Source of the DNA: Octopus sinensis
Taxonomy: Eukaryota
Length of the DNA stretch: 64,000 bases
Direction of reading: 5' to 3'
Assembly: GCF_006345805.1 (NCBI RefSeq)
Contig: NC_043006.1
Coordinates: forward strand, 186,001-250,000
The notes beneath the pieces are model-generated. The model saw only the letters and a program-made list of their open reading frames with translations. It did no database searches and was not told the DNA's origin. A program made the translations under genes and the position numbers. Shown piece by piece: positions 55,827-64,000 of the stretch; the first letter of the stretch is position 1, and each line of letters starts with the position of its first letter.

Positions 55827-55930
55827 TAACCTGATGAGTGGCTATATTTATATCGAAGTAATTTTACTACTACTATTAATTTTTTTACTATAATCATTTC
55901 TTAAATATAGCCACGAAACACGTGTTGTTA
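55827..55930 (+). ncRNA. Type I minimal hammerhead ribozyme (Penelope pLTR-type)
   Basis: Stem I TAAC/GTTA, core CTGATGA, perfect 13-bp stem II GTGGCTATATTTA/TAAATATAGCCAC, GAAA, palindromic stem III ACACGTGT, cleavage triplet GTT. Confidence 0.8.
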
Positions 55931-56361
55931 TTCTACCAATTATATACGTTTTTATTATTATTTTGCAATTTACTTAATCATCGGTATATTATTGTTATTT
56001 TATTTTTAATATTTCTATTATATGTAATTTTCTAGATGGTGTAATTTAATTGTTCATTTTGAATTGATTAAAGGTGTTTTCTTTCTAATTTTTATATATA
56101 TATATATATACATAGAGAGAGTGAGAGAGAGAGACACACACACACACTGTATATTTGTAAGTATGTCTAGCATTTCTTTACGCATTGCCTTCTACCAAAC
56201 TGAGTGTGTACCCTCATCCTGCACCTCTCTCTCTACCCCTCTCTCTATGTGATGTAAAGTGTGACTGGAAGAATAAACCAGCCAACATATTACATTGGCT
56301 ATAAAAAAAATGACTATACGGTAGTTCTTAGTGAATATCACTCAATGTATTGAATACTCAC

Positions 56362-56473
56362 TTATTTACTTTATTGGCAAGTTCGTTTACCATTCTGAAT
56401 TCGTTTTGATCATTGGGGTCAAAAGTAAGCGCAATATGGAAATTTCCATCACCAACATGACCAACAATAAAAC
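56362..56473 (-). CDS. LDHD: LDHD penultimate exon, alternative B (112 bp)
   Basis: Acceptor ccctttctAG and donor AA|GTGAGT, phase 1 to 2. Encodes (G)[36 protein letters not shown](K) and joins in frame to 29054. Confidence 0.9.
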
Positions 56474-56512
56474 CTAGAAAGGGAAAAAAATTAATGTACA
56501 AGTTGCACTCAC

Positions 56513-56624
56513 TTGCCCATTCGCTCAGCTAAATTATTAACCAATTTCTTCTCCTCGGCATCGTCTGGCATGACTGGGAAAAATACGTGGAAATTACCAT
56601 CTCCAACGTGACCGACAATTGGAC
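56513..56624 (-). CDS. LDHD: LDHD penultimate exon, alternative A (112 bp)
   Basis: Acceptor ttctttttccaAG and donor AA|GTGAGT, phase 1 to 2. Encodes (G)[36 protein letters not shown](K). Confidence 0.92.
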
Positions 56625-57693
56625 CTTGGAAAAAGAAATTTAAGAATAAGTGACAGATCAAAGTGATTGATTAACTGATGGAATACATGCATACACACAC
56701 ACACACACACAGAAATAGATTCATGAAAAGAATTTAGTAAAAATAACTGTCATTATAAAGTTGGGGCATAGAACAGAAACTAATTAAAAAAATGTTTGAT
56801 GAAGAATTTTAATTGAGATCATTTTAAAAACCTTTTGTTATTATATTTCGTTTTTGGATTTGGTTTGCAAGATTCTTTATAGGAATAATGGACAGAGTCA
56901 AAACTATTGAAAAGGTTGCAAAGACACAACGAAAATTTTAGGACAATAAAAATAAGAAAAAAGTGGAAATTTTACCGGTGAGTTTGTTAAATTATAAGGC
57001 ACAAAAAGAAAATGACTCTCCCCAGACACAACAGAACTTTTGTTATTAGATATCGGTTGAAATTTGTTTCAATTAATTTTGAAAATAATTATTTTAAGCT
57101 GGTGTTTGGAACATAAATTAACCTGAAATCTTGATGGTAGATTTTGATTTGAATTAATTAAAAACAGGTAGTTTTTTTTTAAATCTTTTTTTAACATTAA
57201 TAAAACTTTTTTTTTACTAACAGATAATTACATATATAACACGTTTGTCTATGATACATATATATAACACAAAACCACATTAAACTACAAATACAAAACT
57301 GAAGAAAACACAAATATGAGTGAAGAAAGAAAGAAAAAGAGAAAAAACCTTAATTCAACACCAAGTGCCTCAACTGGTTGCACAGCACAAGGTTCGATGG
57401 AACCTACTTAAGCAAACCAACACACTCATAGCATTACCAGGTGCGATGGTGAAGCTAAGGCATTGGTATGGCCAAGCACTCTCATAGGCATTACCTGACA
57501 CCTCAGCCAGGTGAGCCACCAACAACGACCAGGTAGTTTGTATCATAGAACCAGGAGTAGTCTCAGGTGAGTTAGTGTCAGAAAAGGATTTTTTTTAAAT
57601 CACAAAATAAAATACAGTTCTATATTTAAGGGATGAGGAATTATGTACATTATTTACATTTGACGGACATTTGTCCTCATCTTGTTAGTTGTT

Positions 57694-57739
57694 AACACAA
57701 CGTTTCGGCTGATATACTCTCCAGCCTTCTTCAGGTGTC
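57694..57739 (-). ncRNA. Minimal hammerhead ribozyme, left arm (core intact)
   Basis: Minus strand reads GACAC-CTGAAGA-a-GGCTG(gagagtatat)CAGCC-GAAA-CGT-T-GTGTT, with palindromic stem III ACGT. Confidence 0.72.
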
Positions 57740-58001
57740 TTGGCTAAATTTTGAACCTGGGTTCTCAGTCCAAAGGTATTTTTCGATGATGATGATGTTC
57801 TTGTTGTTATTATTATTATTATCATAATTATTGTTATTGTTGTTGTTGTTATTGTTCAGGTCACTGCTTGGAATCAAACTCGGAATCTTGGGGTTAGTAG
57901 CCCGTGGGCATATGGCATAGTCGTTAAGAGCACAGGCTACTAATCCCAAGATTCCGAGTTCAATTCCAAGCAGTGACCTGAAAAATAACAACGACAACAA
58001 C

Positions 58002-58048
<47 letters not shown>

Positions 58049-58130
58049 TGATGATAATAATCGAAATAATAATAATAATAACATCGAAAAATACCTTAGG
58101 AACGAGAACCCAGGTTTGAAATTTCCCCAA

Positions 58131-58176
58131 GACACCTGAAGAAGGCTGGAGGATATATCAGCCGAAATGTTGTGTT
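58131..58176 (+). ncRNA. Minimal hammerhead ribozyme, right arm (ACGT>ATGT in stem III)
   Basis: GACAC-CTGAAGA-a-GGCTG..CAGCC-GAAA-TGT-T-GTGTT. Confidence 0.65.
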
Positions 58177-58357
58177 AACAACAAACAAGATGAGGACAAA
58201 TATTTGTTGAATGTAAATAATGTACAAAATAAGATATGAAATAATTCTAGTAATGAGAGTATAGTCATCCAATAACTCATCCAGGACACCATGGAAGATA
58301 TGACTGGGATAAAAAATAGAAAAAAATATGACACAATGGAATGGTTAATGCAAATAA

Positions 58358-58740
58358 GTGGAGGTGCAATGGCCCAGTGGTTAGGACAGCGGACTCGCGG
58401 TTGTAGGATCGCGGTTTCGATTCCCAGACCGGGCGTTGTGAGTGTTTATTGAGTGAAAACACATAAAGATCCACGAGGCTCCGGCAGGGATGGTGGTGAT
58501 CCCTGCTGTACTCTTTCACCACAACTTTCTCTCACTCTTACTTCCTGTTTCTGTTGTACCTGTATTTCAAAGGGCCGGCCTTGTCACTCTCTGTGTCATG
58601 CTGAATATCCCCGAGAACTACTGTAAGGGTACACGTGTCTGTGGAGTGCTCAGCCACTTACACGTTAATTTCACGAGCAGGCTGTTCCATTGATCGGATC
58701 AACCGGAACCCTCATTGTCGTAACCGATGGAGTGCTTCCT
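58358..58740 (+). mobile_element. tRNA-derived SINE, family C (full length)
   Basis: A-box TGGCCCAGTGG, B-box GGTTTCGATTCCC; body matches 3640-3973. Confidence 0.9.
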
Positions 58741-58936
58741 CTACTGCAAACCTATCAGATCAGAACTAAGAACTGTAAACTAATGATGGAGTCATTAATA
58801 GTGTTTTTACTGCTAACAGGAATGACATGAGCCAATGTATAGGAACCAGTTTATATTTGGGAGAACCAAGCCAGTGGACAGTTGTTGTTTTTTCATGGAC
58901 GTATGCAGTGCTGGTGATAGAATATAAACCAGCAAC

Positions 58937-59007
58937 CCTAACACCAACCACTCCAAGAGTGTAGTGGGTGCTTTTACATGCCACCAGCACGAGGGCATTG
59001 GCCACAC
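58937..59007 (-). mobile_element. RTE 3' UTR segment seeding the 66-bp satellite
   Basis: cctaacaccaaccactccaagagtgtagtgggtgcttttacatgccacc matches 25340-25390 and about 1753-1800. Confidence 0.85.
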
Positions 59008-62000
59008 TCAAATGATGCTTTTTACATGCCACCTGCACAGGGGCCAGTCCAGCGGCACTGGCAATGACCATGCTCGAATGGTGCTTTTTACATGCCACTG
59101 GCACAGGAGCCAGTCAGGCAGTATTGGCACTGATCACGCTTGAATGGTGCTTTTTACGTGCCACTGGCACAGGAGCCAGTCAGGCAGTATTGGCACTGAT
59201 CACGCTTGAATGGTGCTTTTTACGTGCCACTGGCACAGGAGCCAGTCAGGCAGTATTGGCACTGATCACGCTTGAATGGTGCTTTTTATGTGCCACTGGC
59301 CCAGGAGCCAGTCAGGCAGTATTGGCACTGATCACGCTTGAATGGTGCTTTTTATGTGCCACTGGCACAGGAGCCAGTCAGGCAGTATTGGCACTGATCA
59401 CGCTTGAATGGTGCTTTTTACGTGCCACTGGCACAGGAGCCAGTCAGGCAGTATTGGCACTGATCACGCTTGAATGGTGCTTTTTACGTGCCACTGGCAC
59501 AGGAGCCAGTCAGGCAGTATTGGCACTGATCACGCTTGAATGGTGCTTTTTATGTGCCACCTGCACAGGGGCCAGTCAGGCAGTATTGGCACTGATCACG
59601 CTTGAATGGTGCTTTTTACGTGCCACTGGCACAGGAGCCAGTCAGGCAGTATTGGCACTGATCACGCTTGAATGGTGCTTTTTACGTGCCACTGGCACAG
59701 GAGCCAGTCAGGCAGTATTGGCACTGATCACGCTTGAATGGTGCTTTTTATGTGCCACTGGCACAGGAGCCAGTCAGGCAGTATTGGCACTGATCACGCT
59801 TGAATGGTGCTTTTTATGTGCCACTGCACAGGGGCCAGTCAGGCAGTATTGGCACTGATCACGCTTGAATGGTGCTTTTACGTGCCACTGGCACAGGAGC
59901 CAGTCAGGCAGTATTGGCACTGATCACGCTTGAATGGTGCTTTTTACGTGCCACTGGCACAGGAGCCAGTCAGGCAGTATTGGCACTGATCACGCTTGAA
60001 TGGTGCTTTTTATGTGCCACCTGCACAGGGGCCAGTCAGGCAGTATTGGCACTGATCACGCTTGAATGGTGCTTTTTACGTGCCACTGGCACAGGAGCCA
60101 GTCAGGCAGTATTGGCACTGATCACGCTTGAATGGTGCTTTTTACGTGCCACTGGCACAGGAGCCAGTCAGGCAGTATTGGCACTGATCACGCTTGAATG
60201 GTGCTTTTTATGTGCCACTGGCACAGGAGCCAGTCAGGCAGTATTGGCACTGATCACGCTTGAATGGTGCTTTTTATGTGCCACCTGCACAGGGGCCAGT
60301 CAGGCAGTATTGGCACTGATCACGCTTGAATGGTGCTTTTTACGTGCCACTGGCACAGGAGCCAGTCAGGCAGTATTGGCACTGATCACGCTTGAATGGT
60401 GCTTTTTACGTGCCACTGGCACAGGAGCCAGTCAGGCAGTATTGGCACTGATCACGCTTGAATGGTGCTTTTTACGTGCCACTGGCACAGGAGCCAGTCA
60501 GGCAGTATTGGCACTGATCACGCTTGAATGGTGCTTTTTATGTGCCACTGGCACAGGAGCCAGTCAGGCAGTATTGGCACTGATCACGCTTGAATGGTGC
60601 TTTTTATGTGCCACCTGCACAGGGGCCAGTCAGGCAGTATTGGCACTGATCACGCTTGAATGGTGCTTTTACGTGCCACTGGCACAGGAGCCAGTCAGGC
60701 AGTATTGGCACTGATCACGCTTGAATGGTGCTTTTTACGTGCCACTGGCACAGGAGCCAGTCAGGCAGTATTGGCACTGATCACGCTTGAATGGTGCTTT
60801 TTACGTGCCACTGGCACAGGAGCCAGTCAGGCAGTATTGGCACTGATCACGCTTGAATGGTGCTTTTTATGTGCCACCTGCACAGGGGCCAGTCAGGCAG
60901 TATTGGCACTGATCACGCTTGAATGGTGCTTTTTACGTGCCACTGGCACAGGAGCCAGTCAGGCAGTATTGGCACTGATCACGCTTGAATGGTGCTTTTT
61001 ACGTGCCACTGGCACAGGAGCCAGTCAGGCAGTATTGGCACTGATCACGCTTGAATGGTGCTTTTTACGTGCCACTGGCACAGGAGCCAGTCAGGCAGTA
61101 TTGGCACTGATCACGCTTGAATGGTGCTTTTATGTGCCACTGGCACAGGAGCCAGTCAGGCAGTATTGGCACTGATCACGCTTGAATGGTGCTTTTTATG
61201 TGCCACCTGCACAGGGGCCAGTCAGGCAGTATTGGCACTGATCACGCTTGAATGGTGCTTTTTACGTGCCACTGGCACAGGAGCCAGTCAGGCAGTATTG
61301 GCACTGATCACGCTTGAATGGTGCTTTTTATGTGCCACTGGCACAGGAGCCAGTCAGGCAGTATTGGCACTGATCACGCTTGAATGGTGCTTTTTATGTG
61401 CCACTGGCACAGGAGCCAGTCAGGCAGTATTGGCACTGATCACGCTTGAATGGTGCTTTTTATGTGCCACCTGCACAGGGGCCAGTCAGGCAGTATTGGC
61501 ACTGATCACGCTTGAATGGTGCTTTTTACGTGCCACTGGCACAGGAGCCAGTCAGGCAGTATTGGCACTGATCACGCTTGAATGGTGCTTTTTATGTGCC
61601 ACCTGCACAGGGGCCAGTCAGGCAGTATTGGCACTGATCACGCTTGAATGGTGCTTTTTACGTGCCACTGGCACAGGAGCCAGTCAGGCAGTATTGGCAC
61701 TGATCACGCTTGAATGGTGCTTTTTATGTGCCACTGGCACAGGAGCCAGTCAGGCAGTATTGGCACTGATCACGCTTGAATGGTGCTTTTTATGTGCCAC
61801 CTGCACAGGGGCCAGTCAGGCAGTATTGGCACTGATCACGCTTGAATGGTGCTTTTTACGTGCCACTGGCACAGGAGCCAGTCAGGCAGTATTGGCACTG
61901 ATCACGCTTGAATGGTGCTTTTTATGTGCCACCTGGCACAGGGGCCAGTCAGGCAGTATTGGCACTGATCACGCTTGAATGGTGCTTTTTACGTGCCACT

Positions 62001-64000
62001 GGCACAGGAGCCAGTCAGGCAGTATTGGCACTGATCACGCTTGAATGGTGCTTTTTACGTGCCACTGGCACAGGAGCCAGTCAGGCAGTATTGGCACTGA
62101 TCACGCTTGAATGTTGCTTTTTATGTGCCACCTGCACAGGGCCAGTCAGGCAGTATTGGCACTGATCACGCTTGAATGGTGCTTTTTACGTGCCACTGGC
62201 ACAGGAGCCAGTCAGGCAGTATTGGCACTGATCACGCTTGAATGGTGCTTTTTACGTGCCACTGGCACAGGAGCCAGTCAGGCAGTATTGGCACTGATCA
62301 CGCTTGAATGGTGCTTTTTACGTGCCACTGGCACAGGAGCCAGTCAGGCAGTATTGGCACTGATCACGCTTGAATGGTGCTTTTTACGTGCCACTGGCAC
62401 AGGAGCCAGTCAGGCAGTATTGGCACTGATCACGCTTGAATGGTGCTTTTTATGTGCCACTGGCACAGGAGCCAGTCAGGCAGTATTGGCACTGATCACG
62501 CTTGAATGGTGCTTTTTATGTGCCACTGGCACAGGAGCCAGTCAGGCAGTATTGGCACTGATCACGCTTGAATGGTGCTTTTTATGTGCCACTGGCACAG
62601 GAGCCAGTCAGGCAGTATTGGCACTGATCACGCTTGAATGGTGCTTTTTATGTGCCACTGGCACAGGAGCCAGTCAGGCAGTATTGGCACTGATCACGCT
62701 TGAATGGTGCTTTTTACGTGCCACTGGCACAGGAGCCAGTCAGGCAGTATTGGCACTGATCACGCTTGAATGGTGCTTTTTATGTGCCACTGGCACAGGA
62801 GCCAGTCAGGCAGTATTGGCACTGATCACGCTTGAATGGTGCTTTTTACGTGCCACTGGCACAGGAGCCAGTCAGGCAGTATTGGCACTGATCACGCTTG
62901 AATGGTGCTTTTTATGTGCCACTGGCACAGGAGCCAGTCAGGCAGTATTGGCACTGATCACGCTTGAATGGTGCTTTTTACGTGCCACTGGCACAGGGGC
63001 CAGTCCAGCGGCACTGGCAATGACCATGCTTGAATGGTGCTTTTTATGTGCCACTGGCACAGGAGCCAGTCAGGCAGTATTGGCACTGATCACGCTTGAA
63101 TGGTGCTTTTTACGTGCCACTGGCACAGGAGCCAGTCAGGCAGTATTGGCACTGATCACGCTTGAATGGTGCTTTTTATGTGCCACTGGCACAGGAGCCA
63201 GTCAGGCAGTATTGGCACTGATCACGCTTGAATGGTGCTTTTTACGTGCCACTGGCACAGGAGCCAGTCAGGCAGTATTGGCACTGATCACGCTTGAATG
63301 GTGCTTTTTATGTGCCACTGGCACAGGAGCCAGTCAGGCAGGCAGTATTGGCACTGATCACGCTTGAATGGTGCTTTTTACGTGCCACTGGCACAGGAGC
63401 CAGTCAGGCAGTATTGGCACTGATCACGCTTGAATGGTGCTTTTTATGTGCCACTGGCACAGGAGCCAGTCAGGCAGTATTGGCACTGATCACGCTTGAA
63501 TGGTGCTTTTACGTGCCACTGGCACAGGAGCCAGTCAGGCAGTATTGGCACTGATCACGCTTGAATGGTGCTTTTTACGTGCCACTGGCACAGGAGCCAG
63601 TCAGGCAGTATTGGCACTGATCACGCTTGAATGGTGCTTTTTATGTGCCACTGGCACAGGAGCCAGTCAGGCAGTATTGGCACTGATCACGCTTGAATGG
63701 TGCTTTTTATGTGCCACTGGCACAGGAGCCAGTCAGGCAGTATTGGCACTGATCACGCTTGAATGGTGCTTTTTACGTGCCACTGGCACAGGAGCCAGTC
63801 AGGCAGTATTGGCACTGATCACGCTTGAATGGTGCTTTTTACGTGCCACTGGCACAGGAGCCAGTCAGGCAGTATTGGCACTGATCACGCTTGAATGGTG
63901 CTTTTTACGTGCCACTGGCACAGGAGCCAGTCCAGCGGGACTGGCAATGACCACGCTTGAATGGTGCTTTTTACGTGCCACTGGCACAGGAGCCAGTCAG
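59008..64000. repeat. >=5-kb tandem satellite, 66-bp monomer (about 75 units, runs off the window), intronic in LDHD
   Basis: Consensus cttgaatggtgctttttacgtgccactggcacaggagccagtcaggcagtattggcactgatcacg; highly homogeneous. Confidence 0.98.

Larger units (their letters stand above)
57612..58228. mobile_element. Foldback element: head-to-head dimer of a tRNA-headed SINE-like unit with a Penelope-like hammerhead tail
   Basis: Outer arms about 57640-57790 / 58078-58228, microsatellite spacers, and inner arms 57855-57902 / 57935-57982 (45/48 complementary). A-box-like TGGCATAGTCG at 57913 and B-box GAGTTCAATTCC. Confidence 0.85.

Noticed and set aside
56474-56512. 39-nt spacer as a retained in-frame segment or normal intron joining both LDHD exons
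   Set aside because: Retention reads AAG-TGA (stop), and splicing both exons shifts the frame.
57906-57980. Genuine tRNA gene (also SINE heads at 21112 and 58358)
   Set aside because: Only A/B boxes and partial cloverleafs are present, attached to SINE bodies or microsatellites, with CpG decay.
56625-59000. Further upstream LDHD exon (TDVCVP-type motif) or a third alternative exon
   Set aside because: Minus-strand reading of the non-repeat stretches (57340-57600, 58745-58936) gave no matching peptide; it probably lies beyond the window.
59064-63554. Long ORFs of repeated LEWCFLRATGTGASQAVLALIT (up to 418 aa)
   Set aside because: The 66-bp monomer is a multiple of 3 and happens to lack stops in one frame. 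Frames break at single-base indels, there are no splice signals, and the unit derives from a LINE UTR.

Overview
Eukaryotic, AT-rich, repeat-dense animal DNA. The SINE/LINE/Penelope landscape looks like octopus (coleoid cephalopod); this is inferred from repeat families, not proven. Two convergent host genes are recoverable. (1) Plus strand: the last four coding exons (475-569, 2693-2888, 6462-6617, 10808-10915) of a protein ending in a laminin-G domain. (2) Minus strand: the 3' part of an LDHD-like FAD-dependent D-lactate/D-2-hydroxyacid dehydrogenase, with its last exon at 28880-29054. Its penultimate exon, which carries the GHVGDGNFH metal-binding motif, is present as two tandem 112-bp paralogues (56513-56624, 56362-56473) separated by only 39 nt. 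This is the architecture of sterically enforced mutually exclusive exons. LDHD introns hold a ~24.8-kb 52-bp satellite with higher-order structure and a >=5-kb 66-bp satellite grown from an RTE-LINE 3' UTR. They also hold a ~600-bp foldback made of head-to-head tRNA-headed SINE-like units that end in Penelope-type minimal hammerhead ribozymes. The rest is TE debris: several tRNA-SINE families, RTE, CR1 and RLE-type LINE fragments, three Penelope-like elements, a deleted Ty3/Gypsy element, a small Helitron and microsatellites. Almost all ORF-track entries are repeat artefacts. All coordinates and alignments were read by eye.
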